The notes under the pieces were generated by a model that worked only from the letters and a program-made list of their open reading frames with translations, was not told where the DNA came from and ran no database searches. This document shows positions 52,834 through 62,040 of a stretch of DNA of 63,109 nucleotides, in pieces. The first letter of the stretch is position 1. Every line of letters begins with the position of its first letter. The translations under genes were made by a program, and so were the position numbers. Source of the stretch: an uncultured archaeon (lineage in GTDB: Archaea; Aenigmatarchaeota; Aenigmatarchaeia; QMZP01); contig CAYGVS010000002.1 in NCBI GenBank assembly GCA_964353635.1, positions 1 to 63,109 of the forward strand. The letters run 5' to 3'.

Positions 52834-54123
52834 ATGAGAAAGTACATTTTTGACACAGAAAACAGGGAGCGGGTATCAGGCGCGATCTTTGACACTTCTG
52901 CATTCGGGAATATAGAGCTTCTCCAACAAGGCGATGAGATTCTTGATTCCCAGCTTGATCCGCTTTGGGTCATCACAGAGGGAGGGAGTATATTCAACAG
53001 GCCTGTTATCGAAGACGGTGTGATATATTTCGGTTGCTGTGACAGGAAGTTCTATGCTGTTTCCATTAAAGGGAAACCCATGTGGAAATTTGACACAAAT
53101 GGAATTATAATATCTTCCCCATGCTCTGTTGGCAGTCTCATGGTATTCGGCTCTTATGATTTCAATCTTTATGCATTGGAAAAGAAGACAGGAAGGCTTG
53201 CCTGGAGATTCCCAACCAACGACAAGATATACTCGAATCCCTGCACTGATGGAAGCCGCATATTCGTCGGCTCAAAGGACGGGAATTTTTATTGTGTCAG
53301 CACTTCAGGAAGGCTTGTATGGAGATTCAGGACAGGAGGACCAATAGAGACCCACCCGCTTCTGCACAAAGGAGCTGTTTACTTCGGCTCCAATGACAAG
53401 AATTTATATTCCCTAAATGCTGAAACAGGCAAACTTCGCTGGGCATTCAAGACAAATTCCAGCCTAAGGCATGGCATGGCAGTCCTTAATGATGTTATAT
53501 ATTTCGGAGGAATGGAAAAGAATATATTCGGAGTGAATACAGAAGGAAGGAAGGTTTTCTCTTTTTTGATGAGTGATCTTAACTCAGCCTCGATAATAAC
53601 AGAGAACGGAATAATCTATATCCCATCGAGGGACAAGAACATTTATGCTGTAAAGCCAAGCGGGGAAGTGATTTGGAAGTTCCAGACAGGCCACGCGGTT
53701 GAGTGCCCTGCTTTTCATAAAGGGACCCTGCTTTTCGGGGCAGACGATCATGCTCTTTATGCGCTAAACGCTTCTTCAGGCAGGCTTCTGTGGAGCTTCA
53801 AGACAAATGGGTTCATGCCATCCACCCCTGTGGTGCGCGATGATGTTGTGTACATGGGAGGGTGGGACTGTAACCTTTATGCACTCGCTTTTTCAGACGG
53901 AAGGGTGTTGTGGAAATTCCAGACCAGCTCAGGAACGCAATCAAAATTCGAGCTTGAGCAGCTTAAGCCAGAGAAACACTTTCAGGTCGTGTGGTCAGCT
54001 GAGGATGAGGAAAAGGAAGAGGAAAACAAGGAAACCAATATTACCGACTATGGAGAAATAAAGAGCGATTATACAGCAGGCATGTCAAAGGATTATGTAA
54101 AAGGAAAGAAGGATTACATATGA
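52834..54123 (+). CDS. PQQ-like beta-propeller repeat protein, no signal peptide
   Basis: Repeated G.(I/V)YFG(S/G).D..(L/F)YA(L/V) blades. The ATG at 52834 follows GGAG; the track's start overlaps nrdD. Confidence 0.7.
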   Translation: MRKYIFDTENRERVSGAIFDTSAFGNIELLQQGDEILDSQLDPLWVITEGGSIFNRPVIEDGVIYFGCCDRKFYAVSIKGKPMWKFDTNGIIISSPCSVGSLMVFGSYDFNLYALEKKTGRLAWRFPTNDKIYSNPCTDGSRIFVGSKDGNFYCVSTSGRLVWRFRTGGPIETHPLLHKGAVYFGSNDKNLYSLNAETGKLRWAFKTNSSLRHGMAVLNDVIYFGGMEKNIFGVNTEGRKVFSFLMSDLNSASIITENGIIYIPSRDKNIYAVKPSGEVIWKFQTGHAVECPAFHKGTLLFGADDHALYALNASSGRLLWSFKTNGFMPSTPVVRDDVVYMGGWDCNLYALAFSDGRVLWKFQTSSGTQSKFELEQLKPEKHFQVVWSAEDEEKEEENKETNITDYGEIKSDYTAGMSKDYVKGKKDYI

Positions 54124-54815
54124 TTCCAATCAAAGGGATGGAGAAGACCTCACTCATAGACTATCCGGGAAAGATAAGCGCTGTGGTATTCCTGGGAGGA
54201 TGCAATTTCAGATGTCCTTTCTGCCATAACAGGGAGCTGGTTCTGGATTATGAGAGCCTCGACACCATACCTGAGGACGAGGTGCTGCAATTCCTTGAGG
54301 ATAGGAAGGACTGGCTGGATGGAGTTGTGGTTTCCGGAGGGGAGCCGACGCTCTGGAAGGAGCTGCCTGGTTTTCTGGAAAGGATCAAGGCATTGGGCTA
54401 TCCTGTGAAGCTTGACACCAACGGAACGAATCCGAAGATGCTGAAAGAGGTCGTGGCGAAAGGGTTGGTGGACTACATAGCCATGGACATAAAAGGGCCT
54501 GAATCCAGCTATGAGAGGATATGTGGGACAAATGTGGAATTCTCCAAGATACGCGAGAGCATTGAAGTCATCATAAAATCAAATGCGAAGCACGAGTTCA
54601 GGAGCACCATACTCCCAAGCCTGCACACCAGGGAGGACGTGCTGGCCATGGCCAGGATGGTTGCGGGAGGGGAGAAGTTCTATCTCCAACAGTTCAGACC
54701 AAGGAACACCCTTGATCCCGAGTTCAATAAAGTCAAGCCGTTCGAGGAGAAGGAGATGAGGGAGCTCAGGGATTTATGCAGGGAATATGTGGAGACGGAA
54801 GTGAGGATGGCCTAA
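54120..54815 (+). CDS. nrdG: anaerobic ribonucleotide reductase activating protein (radical SAM)
   Basis: GGCNFRCPFCHN CxxxCxxC cluster motif, GGEPT, ~230 aa. The start overlaps the upstream stop as ATGA. Confidence 0.85.
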   Translation: MIPIKGMEKTSLIDYPGKISAVVFLGGCNFRCPFCHNRELVLDYESLDTIPEDEVLQFLEDRKDWLDGVVVSGGEPTLWKELPGFLERIKALGYPVKLDTNGTNPKMLKEVVAKGLVDYIAMDIKGPESSYERICGTNVEFSKIRESIEVIIKSNAKHEFRSTILPSLHTREDVLAMARMVAGGEKFYLQQFRPRNTLDPEFNKVKPFEEKEMRELRDLCREYVETEVRMA

Positions 54816-54824
54816 GCTTTAAAT

Positions 54825-54841
54825 ATATAACACTGTTATAT
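54825..54841. promoter_or_regulatory. 17-bp perfect AT-rich palindrome within the TATA-rich promoter region of the Fe-S gene cluster
   Basis: ATATAACACTGTTATAT has 8-bp arms around C54833. It is flanked by TTTAAATATATA and TTTATATAAC. Confidence 0.4.
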
Positions 54842-54906
54842 TTATATAACCTCAGATATATTACCCCTTGACTAACTATCAAGGAACCTAGCGGTTCGGA
54901 GGTGTT

Positions 54907-55113
54907 TTGATGACAGGAAAATTCGGCCATAAGATTCCGAAGGTGGATATCAAGAAGTGCACGGGATGCGGCACATGTAAGTCAGTGTGCCCGGCGAACG
55001 TGTTTGACATAAAGGGCGGGAAGTCCGTGGTGGCAAGGCCGCAGGACTGCCTTGAGTGCGGCTCATGCGTAGCCAACTGCCCGCAGGAAGCTATCAAGCT
55101 CATTGACGGCTGA
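54907..55113 (+). CDS. 2x[4Fe-4S] ferredoxin
   Basis: CTGCGTCKSVCP and CLECGSCVANCP cluster motifs. Confidence 0.85.
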   Translation: MMTGKFGHKIPKVDIKKCTGCGTCKSVCPANVFDIKGGKSVVARPQDCLECGSCVANCPQEAIKLIDG

Positions 55114-55122
55114 TTCCGGAGG

Positions 55123-55143
55123 GAAGTTGGCTCCGCCAACTTC
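55123..55143 (+). terminator. hairpin after the ferredoxin gene
   Basis: GAAGTTGGC-tcc-GCCAACTTC, 9 bp, 10 nt after the stop. Confidence 0.45.
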
Positions 55144-55184
55144 GTTCTCTAACACGTTGTGCATTAAGAAATTGAGGTTATCAA

Positions 55185-56339
55185 ATGAGGAAAGTCTATC
55201 TTGACCATGCGGCAACCACGCCGGTTGCAAAGGAGGTCCTTGAGGCCATGCTGCCTTTCTTCAGTGAAAGGTTCGGCAACGCCTCAAGCCTTTACCAGCT
55301 CGGCAGGGATGCCAAGGATGCCATATCAGCCAGCAGGCAGAACATAGCGAAGCTCATAAACGCAGAGCCTGGTGAAATGGTCTTCACATCAGGAGGCTCC
55401 GAAGCGGACAACATAGCGCTCAGGGGGCTGCTCAGAAAAGGCGACCACGTGATAACCAGCAAGTTCGAACATCATGCAGTCCTTTATACATGCGAGGCGC
55501 TTGAAAAGGAAGGCGTGAAAGTCACGTACCTTCCGGTCACAAAAGACGGCTTTGTGAAGCCGCAGGATGTGCAGAAGGCGATAACCAAGCAGACCAGGCT
55601 GGTCTCTGTTATGCATGCCAACAACGAGATAGGCACAATCCAGCCCATATATGAGATAGGGAAGATATGCAGGGACGTGAACGTCCTGTTCCATACTGAT
55701 GCGGTCCAGACCGTTGGGAAGATACCGGTTGACGTGAAGAGGATGAATTTAGACCTCCTCTCAGCCTCAGCGCACAAGCTTTATGGTCCCAAAGGGGTGG
55801 GCTGCCTCTACGTGAGGTCCGGAGTTCAGGTCAGACCCTTGATAACTGGAGGCTTCCAGGAGCACAGCATGCGCGCAGGTACAGAGAATGCCGCAGGCAT
55901 TGTAGGCTTCGGGAAGGCGGCTGAGCTTGCAATTAAGAACATGGACAAGGAAGCCGCCTTTCTAACAAAGCTCAGGAACTTGCTAATGGAAGGAGTGCTG
56001 AAAATCCCTGATTCCTGGCTCAACGGCTCCAGGCATAACCGCTTGCCAAACAACACCAACTTCGGCTTCGATTACATAGAAGGCGAGTCCATAGTCCTGC
56101 ACCTGGACATAAAGGGCATAGCAGCCTCCACAGGCAGCGCGTGCTCCAGCGAGTCGCTAACGCCCTCCCATGTGCTAGCTGCAATAGGCCTGAGCCCAGT
56201 GAAGGCTCACGGTTCGCTCAGGATGACCCTGGGAAAGGACAATACAAAAGAGGATATCGATTACGCCATGCAGACGCTTCCTGAGATAGTGGAAAACCTC
56301 AGGAGGATCAGCCCCATGAGGGTCCCAAAGAAGAAATGA
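55185..56339 (+). CDS. nifS: cysteine desulfurase (NifS/IscS type)
   Basis: PLP-Lys motif SASAHKLYGPKG and active-site loop GSACSS. Confidence 0.9.
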   Translation: MRKVYLDHAATTPVAKEVLEAMLPFFSERFGNASSLYQLGRDAKDAISASRQNIAKLINAEPGEMVFTSGGSEADNIALRGLLRKGDHVITSKFEHHAVLYTCEALEKEGVKVTYLPVTKDGFVKPQDVQKAITKQTRLVSVMHANNEIGTIQPIYEIGKICRDVNVLFHTDAVQTVGKIPVDVKRMNLDLLSASAHKLYGPKGVGCLYVRSGVQVRPLITGGFQEHSMRAGTENAAGIVGFGKAAELAIKNMDKEAAFLTKLRNLLMEGVLKIPDSWLNGSRHNRLPNNTNFGFDYIEGESIVLHLDIKGIAASTGSACSSESLTPSHVLAAIGLSPVKAHGSLRMTLGKDNTKEDIDYAMQTLPEIVENLRRISPMRVPKKK

Positions 56340-56410
56340 TTTGTCGTAAGGTGACATCGAAGACTGAAGGTGGTGGACTCACCTTCATTCCAGAAATGTG
56401 GAGATGATTT

Positions 56411-56683
56411 ATGAAAACCAAAACAAAAGCGAAGAAGCCTGCAGCCAAAGCAGTAAAACCTGCTAGGCAGCTGATAAACAAAGACATGAGCTTCGGAGAG
56501 GTTTTGCAGAGATTCCCTCAGACTTTTCCTGTCTTTTCCAAATACGGGATGCACTGCATAGGCTGCTCAATGTCCGCATTCGAGACGATAGAGCAGGGAG
56601 CGCAGGCGCATGGGATAGATGTCAGGAAATTCATATCAGACTTGAACTCTGCTGCTAGCGGAGAATCAAAAAAGAAAAAGTGA
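56411..56683 (+). CDS. DUF1858 (hybrid-cluster-protein-associated redox disulfide) domain protein
   Basis: MSFGEVLQRFPQTFPVFSKYGMHCIGC...TIEQGAQAHGID is typical of DUF1858. Lys-rich N-terminus. Confidence 0.65.
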   Translation: MKTKTKAKKPAAKAVKPARQLINKDMSFGEVLQRFPQTFPVFSKYGMHCIGCSMSAFETIEQGAQAHGIDVRKFISDLNSAASGESKKKK

Positions 56684-56689
56684 GATATT

Positions 56690-57076
56690 ATGTACTCAAA
56701 AGAAGTGATGGAGCATTTCCAGCACCCTCACAATATGGGTGAGATGAAGGACCCTGACGGAGTGGGAAGGATAGGTAACCCGGTTTGCGGAGATGTCATG
56801 GAGATATCCATCAAAGTGGGGAAAGGAAAGGACGGGAAGGAGCGGCTAAAGGACATAAAGGTCAAGACCTTCGGATGTGTTGCCGCGATAGCCACTTCAT
56901 CCATGATAACCGACCTTGCAATGGGCATGACTCTGGAAGAGGCGATGAAGATTTCGAACAAGGAAATAGCTGACGCCCTGAAAGGCCTTCCACCCGTGAA
57001 GATGCACTGCTCGGTCCTGGCGGCAGACGCACTGAAGAAGGCGATACAGGATTACAGGAAGAAAGCGAAGAAATAG
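56690..57076 (+). CDS. nifU: Fe-S cluster scaffold NifU/IscU-like
   Basis: NPVCGD, FGCVAAIA and HCSVLA cysteine motifs. Confidence 0.9.
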   Translation: MYSKEVMEHFQHPHNMGEMKDPDGVGRIGNPVCGDVMEISIKVGKGKDGKERLKDIKVKTFGCVAAIATSSMITDLAMGMTLEEAMKISNKEIADALKGLPPVKMHCSVLAADALKKAIQDYRKKAKK

Positions 57077-57113
57077 CCTCCAATGATTTTATATTCAGGA
57101 GCCAATTAAAATT

Positions 57114-57869
57114 ATGTTCGAAGTTTGGTTTTATTCGCTCTTAAGTGTTTTTCTTGTAAGCGCGATATCTCTCATAGGGGTGTTCACCCTAGCTATCAAA
57201 GACACCACGCTCACAAAGATACTGCTTTACTTCGTGAGCTTCTCGGCAGGTGCGCTATTGGGTGACGCTTTCATTCACCTGCTCCCGGAGGCCACAGAAA
57301 ACGGATTCACTGTGCAGATTTCGCTTGCGATACTTTTTGGTATATTGTTCTCATTTATCGTTGAGAAGGTTGTGCACTGGAGGCACTGCCACATGCCCGT
57401 CACCAAGGACCACCCACACTCCTTCGCATACATGAATCTCTTCGGAGACGGCGTGCACAACTTCATAGACGGGCTCATAATAGGAGCAAGCTACCTTGCG
57501 AGCATTCCTGTGGGAATAGCCACCACACTCGCTGTGATTTTTCATGAAATTCCCCAGGAGATAGGGGATTTCGGGGTTCTTTTGCACGGAGGCTTCACCA
57601 AGAAAAGGGCATTGTTCATGAACTTCCTGACCGCCCTTACAGCAGTTGCTGGAACTGTTATAGCAATCCTTTTGGGGGCAATGGAAGGTGTAAACGCAAA
57701 CCTCCTTGCCTTTGCGGCAGGTGGCTTCATCTACATAGCTTCGACAGACCTCATACCCGAGCTGCACAGGAAGAACGTGTGCGAGGGCTTTTCCAGAGAC
57801 GCTCTCATCCAGATGATTTTCCTGATGATAGGAATGGCAGTTATGTATGCTCTTCTGCTGGCAGGATGA
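57114..57869 (+). CDS. ZIP-family metal (zinc) transporter, ZupT/GufA-like
   Basis: HEIPQEIGDFGVLL motif and 8 TM segments. Confidence 0.8.
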   Translation: MFEVWFYSLLSVFLVSAISLIGVFTLAIKDTTLTKILLYFVSFSAGALLGDAFIHLLPEATENGFTVQISLAILFGILFSFIVEKVVHWRHCHMPVTKDHPHSFAYMNLFGDGVHNFIDGLIIGASYLASIPVGIATTLAVIFHEIPQEIGDFGVLLHGGFTKKRALFMNFLTALTAVAGTVIAILLGAMEGVNANLLAFAAGGFIYIASTDLIPELHRKNVCEGFSRDALIQMIFLMIGMAVMYALLLAG

Positions 57870-57876
57870 GAAACCT

Positions 57877-58473
57877 TTAACCAGATTTTTTTGCATCCTC
57901 AAAAACCGATTCATTAAGCTTGATCTTATTTGTCAAGCCATATGAGTATTTGCTGACAATGTTGAGCGATTCGAGCCTTTTGACAATCCTGTGCACCCTG
58001 ACCTTGGAAAGGCTTGTTCTTTTGACAAGCTCGGATTGGGTGAGCTCCCCATTGTTCTCGTTCAGAATCCTTATGACAAGCTTTTCTTCTGGTGTTGTGA
58101 CAGTCTCTATTACACCTTTTGTAAGCTCCCTGCGCTCCTTCTTCCTGATAAGGTTAAGCAGGGAAAGACCTGCGGTTATGGAGACGAAAGAACCGAAAAG
58201 CGAGACGAATATGATAACGTAAAAGAACCTGGACACCTCTGGCTCTAGAAATATCCTGCGGCTGGCGTTCATGCCTGAAAATTCTGGAGACCCAGTAAAA
58301 TTATCTGGCAAATTCATTTCGAATCCCCTTGCCGGAGGCGCCCCGCTGGCATTAATAAAAGGAGACATCTGCATTATGAAAAAAAGCAGCGAAATACCTC
58401 CGTATATGAAGCACAATATCATCACAATGAAATGCCAGTCATGCATTTTTAGCCTCATGATGGATATAACCAT
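57877..58473 (-). CDS. membrane-anchored wHTH (MarR-like) regulator
   Basis: Two TM segments, then LTQSELVKRTSLSKVRVHRIVKRLESLNIV. Divergent from ABC module B. Confidence 0.6.
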   Translation of the reverse strand: MVISIMRLKMHDWHFIVMILCFIYGGISLLFFIMQMSPFINASGAPPARGFEMNLPDNFTGSPEFSGMNASRRIFLEPEVSRFFYVIIFVSLFGSFVSITAGLSLLNLIRKKERRELTKGVIETVTTPEEKLVIRILNENNGELTQSELVKRTSLSKVRVHRIVKRLESLNIVSKYSYGLTNKIKLNESVFEDAKKSG

Positions 58474-58557
58474 CCCAGGATTTAAATGCTTTCATAAACT
58501 GGTTTCGTGCTGTTTCTGGTTTCACCTCGTTTCACGATATATTAATATTGTGTTTCA

Positions 58558-59277
58558 ATGACCGAATGTAGCATGAAACCCATTATTGAGCTAAAAAACG
58601 TATCGAAGACTTACAGAATGGGAGAAGTGAACGTTTCCGCATTGAAAGGAGACAGCCTGGATGTTAAAAAGGGAGAATTCTTGGCGATTGCGGGCCCCAG
58701 CGGAAGCGGGAAAAGCACTATGATGAACCTTGTAGGCTGCCTGGATCTTACAAGCGAAGGGGAAATATTTCTTGACGAGAAAAACATAGAAACGCTAAAA
58801 GAGTCCAGCCTTGCCCAGATACGGGGGCAGAAAATAGGATTTGTTTTCCAGCAGTTCAACCTCATCCCTACCCTTAATGCACTGGAGAATGTGATGCTTC
58901 CCATGGAATTCCAGGATGCTGACGACTCTAAAGCTAAGAAAAAAGCCATGGAGCTGCTGAAGATGGTAGGCCTGGCTGACAGGATGCATCACCTGCCGAC
59001 CCAGCTTTCAGGCGGGCAGATGCAGAGGGTCGCAATCGCCCGAGCGCTCGCCGTCAACCCTGAAATCATCCTTGCAGATGAGCCGACCGGCAACCTTGAC
59101 AGCAAGACAGGCCAATTCATAATCGACTTCATTACCAGAATACACAGGGAAGACAGCAAGACCATCATAATGGTAACTCATGACCTGAATCTGACAAAAC
59201 ATGCAGACAGAATCGTCTACATGAAAGACGGCCAGGTCGAGAAAATAGAATCAAGAAAAGGAGATGTCAAAGCATGA
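58558..59277 (+). CDS. ABC transporter ATP-binding protein, MacB/LolD-like, module B
   Basis: [22 protein letters not shown] and [11 protein letters not shown] motifs. An alternative ATG lies at 58573. Confidence 0.9.
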   Translation: MTECSMKPIIELKNVSKTYRMGEVNVSALKGDSLDVKKGEFLAIAGPSGSGKSTMMNLVGCLDLTSEGEIFLDEKNIETLKESSLAQIRGQKIGFVFQQFNLIPTLNALENVMLPMEFQDADDSKAKKKAMELLKMVGLADRMHHLPTQLSGGQMQRVAIARALAVNPEIILADEPTGNLDSKTGQFIIDFITRIHREDSKTIIMVTHDLNLTKHADRIVYMKDGQVEKIESRKGDVKA

Positions 59278-60599
59278 AAACAAAAGCATTTTTGTTTTCG
59301 GTCATAATAGCGATATCATTCGCATGCATGATTCCAGGTTTAGCTTTGTCCCAGAGCACAGACACAGATACCAGCAGCCCGAATTCTGCAAACCTGAACG
59401 TGTCTCTTGTAAGCCAGAACCCGGACCCTGCAAAGTCAGGGGACATGGTGGAGCTAAGGTTCATGATAGAGAACACCGGCGGCCGGCCTACAAGCGATTT
59501 GAAATTTGAATTATTGGTCGAGTATCCTTTTACGGAGATCCCCGGAGAGGAATACATCAAGACAGTCAGCGCGCTGAAAGCTTACCAGCAGGGCGCAGAC
59601 GCCATAACAATTAAATTCAAGGTCAGGGTGGATAAGGATGCCATCAAAGGATCCAATCAAATCAAGCTAAAAAGGAGCGAAGTCGGTATGGATTATGCTG
59701 TTATCCAAAGCTTCGTGGTTGATGTGACAGGCTCGGAATATGCCCAGATTATTTATGTGGACAAATCAATACTGAGCCCGGGTGAAGAGACCCCGTTAAA
59801 ATTCACAATCACCAACGTGGGAACATCCCCTCTTCAGAACCTTGTCTTCTCATGGAATGAGAAGAACGGCGTCATCCTTCCGGTCTATTCAGACGACACC
59901 AAATACATCAAATACATCGATGTCGGAGAGTCCACTGATGTGGAATACACTGTGGTCGCGGATGTGAACACTGACCCAGGCCTATATCAACTCGACCTCA
60001 CGCTGAAGTTTGACGCTGAAAGCGGCGTTTCCCAGGAAATGAACACGAAGGCGGGAATCTTTGTGGGCGGCGCAACGGATTTTGACGTGACCTTCTCAGA
60101 AAGCACTGCTGGGCAGACCTCGCTTTCAGTGGCCAACATAGGAAACAATCCTGCCCTCTCTGTCACTGTCAGGATACCTGAGCAGGAGAATTTCGCGGTA
60201 AGCGGAAGCACATCCTCAATAATAGGCAACCTTGACAAGGGAGACTACACTATTGTTTCCTTCCAGATAAGCCAGACTATGGCAGGCGGGAGGATGAACA
60301 GGACGATTGGCCAGACGCCGACAGCATCCCAAAGCAACCTGAAGGTGCAGATAGAGTACACGGACACGACAGGCAAGAGGTACACGCTCGAGAAGAGTGT
60401 GTCCATCCAGTTCAGGTCGACTGATTCAGCAACAACAGGACAAACCACCACAGGGTTCAGGCAGCAGTCAAATCCATTAGCAAACTACCTTCCATACATT
60501 CTTGTTGCCGCGTTGATTGCCGCCGGACTTGTGTGTTACAGGAAAAGGAGTTACTTGCGTACCCACCTGGGCAGGCGTTCAAAAAAAGGGAAGGCTTAG
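59274..60599 (+). CDS. secreted CARDB/COG1361-like surface protein with C-terminal TM anchor, module B
   Basis: Signal peptide, three Ig-like beta-rich segments and a C-terminal TM plus basic tail. Same architecture as 10314..11480. Overlaps the ATPase stop by 4 nt. Confidence 0.6.
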   Translation: MKTKAFLFSVIIAISFACMIPGLALSQSTDTDTSSPNSANLNVSLVSQNPDPAKSGDMVELRFMIENTGGRPTSDLKFELLVEYPFTEIPGEEYIKTVSALKAYQQGADAITIKFKVRVDKDAIKGSNQIKLKRSEVGMDYAVIQSFVVDVTGSEYAQIIYVDKSILSPGEETPLKFTITNVGTSPLQNLVFSWNEKNGVILPVYSDDTKYIKYIDVGESTDVEYTVVADVNTDPGLYQLDLTLKFDAESGVSQEMNTKAGIFVGGATDFDVTFSESTAGQTSLSVANIGNNPALSVTVRIPEQENFAVSGSTSSIIGNLDKGDYTIVSFQISQTMAGGRMNRTIGQTPTASQSNLKVQIEYTDTTGKRYTLEKSVSIQFRSTDSATTGQTTTGFRQQSNPLANYLPYILVAALIAAGLVCYRKRSYLRTHLGRRSKKGKA

Positions 60600-60602
60600 A
60601 AG

Positions 60603-61901
60603 ATGAAACCCTCAAAATCCTTCAAGCTTGCCCTGAACATACTGCTGCACAGCAAGCTGCGAAGCTGGCTGACAATAATAGGCATAGTTATAGGAGTCGC
60701 TGCTGTAGTCGCCATAATGTCCATAGGGGAGGGCATGCAGCAGGAACTTCAAAGCAGGCTGGGCGGGCTCGGAGCTGATATCATCACGATATCTCCCGGA
60801 TCATCAAGAGCCGCGGGAGGATTCAGGGATTTTGGTGGCGGCGGATCACCAAGCGCCGTCAGTAGCACCAGTGACAGAAGCAGCACCAGCAACACAGGAA
60901 CGCAGGAGTCAAAAGATCTGACGGAAAGGGACATCCAGACAATCGAGTCTGTGGAGAATGTGGACCTAGTTACCGGCACAGTTTCCGGAAGAGGGGAACT
61001 CTATTATCTGGCTGAGACGGTGACAGTCTCTGTCATTGGTGTAGACCCGGTTACATGGAACGAGATAACGACGTCCTCGCTCGCTTCAGGACGTTTTCTT
61101 AGCGCAGGGGATTATAATACCGTTCTGATTGGAAGCAGAGTGGCCAATAGCATGTTCAAGCAGCCTTTAATGGTGAACAGGCAGATTGAAATTGAAGGAG
61201 TGAACTTCAAGATAGCCGGGATAATGAATGAAAGCGGAAGCTCAATGGGTGGAGGAGGCAGCGACAGCGGAATAATCATGCCGATAGAGGCTGCAAGAAG
61301 CACTCTAGATGATGTAGGTATTGACGAGCTCGATTCCATAATCGTAAAAGTAGACGATGAGAGTCTCGTGGAAAAGACGATGTCGGACATCGATGCTACG
61401 CTCATGCTCTCGCGCCACGTCACGAACAAGACCAAAGATTTCAGCGTCACTTCTTCAGTGGCCATGCAGGAGACAATAAGCTCGACCATGGAATCCATGA
61501 CCACCTTCTTGGCTGCCATAGCAGCCGTTTCGCTGCTCGTCGGAGCGATTGGCATCGCCAATACCATGTTCACCACGGTCCTTGAGAGGACGAAGCAGAT
61601 AGGCATCATGAAGGCTATTGGAGCTAAGAACCGAGACATCATGACTATATTCCTGATGAATTCAGCATTGGTTGGCTTTGTGGGAGGAATAATAGGCGTC
61701 GCAATAGGTTCTGTAGCATCCACAGTAGTCGTGCTGCCCATGATGGGAGGCCGGATGATGAGTGGGGGAGGAAACGCTGTCAGCCCTCAGCTGATGATGT
61801 TTGGCTTATCTATAGCTGTCGGGACTGGGATTCTGTCAGGGCTGATACCAGCCTACCGCGCTTCCAAGCTCAAGCCTGTGGATGCACTAAGGTACGAGTG
61901 A
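60603..61901 (+). CDS. ABC transporter permease, FtsX/MacB-type, module B
   Basis: Same architecture and C-terminus (...PAYRASKLKPVDALRYE) as 12285..13421, with an extra Gly/Ser-rich insert. Confidence 0.85.
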   Translation: MKPSKSFKLALNILLHSKLRSWLTIIGIVIGVAAVVAIMSIGEGMQQELQSRLGGLGADIITISPGSSRAAGGFRDFGGGGSPSAVSSTSDRSSTSNTGTQESKDLTERDIQTIESVENVDLVTGTVSGRGELYYLAETVTVSVIGVDPVTWNEITTSSLASGRFLSAGDYNTVLIGSRVANSMFKQPLMVNRQIEIEGVNFKIAGIMNESGSSMGGGGSDSGIIMPIEAARSTLDDVGIDELDSIIVKVDDESLVEKTMSDIDATLMLSRHVTNKTKDFSVTSSVAMQETISSTMESMTTFLAAIAAVSLLVGAIGIANTMFTTVLERTKQIGIMKAIGAKNRDIMTIFLMNSALVGFVGGIIGVAIGSVASTVVVLPMMGGRMMSGGGNAVSPQLMMFGLSIAVGTGILSGLIPAYRASKLKPVDALRYE

Positions 61902-62040
61902 TTAAGGTGATGTATCATGAAGCAAAGAAACAACACAAGACAGCACTTCATGTTTCCGTCAGATAGTTGCATTTTATTAACTTCGTAATACCTCGCCATG
62001 AATGACGGGGCTATTTATTAAATTAAATCAAAATATCAGT

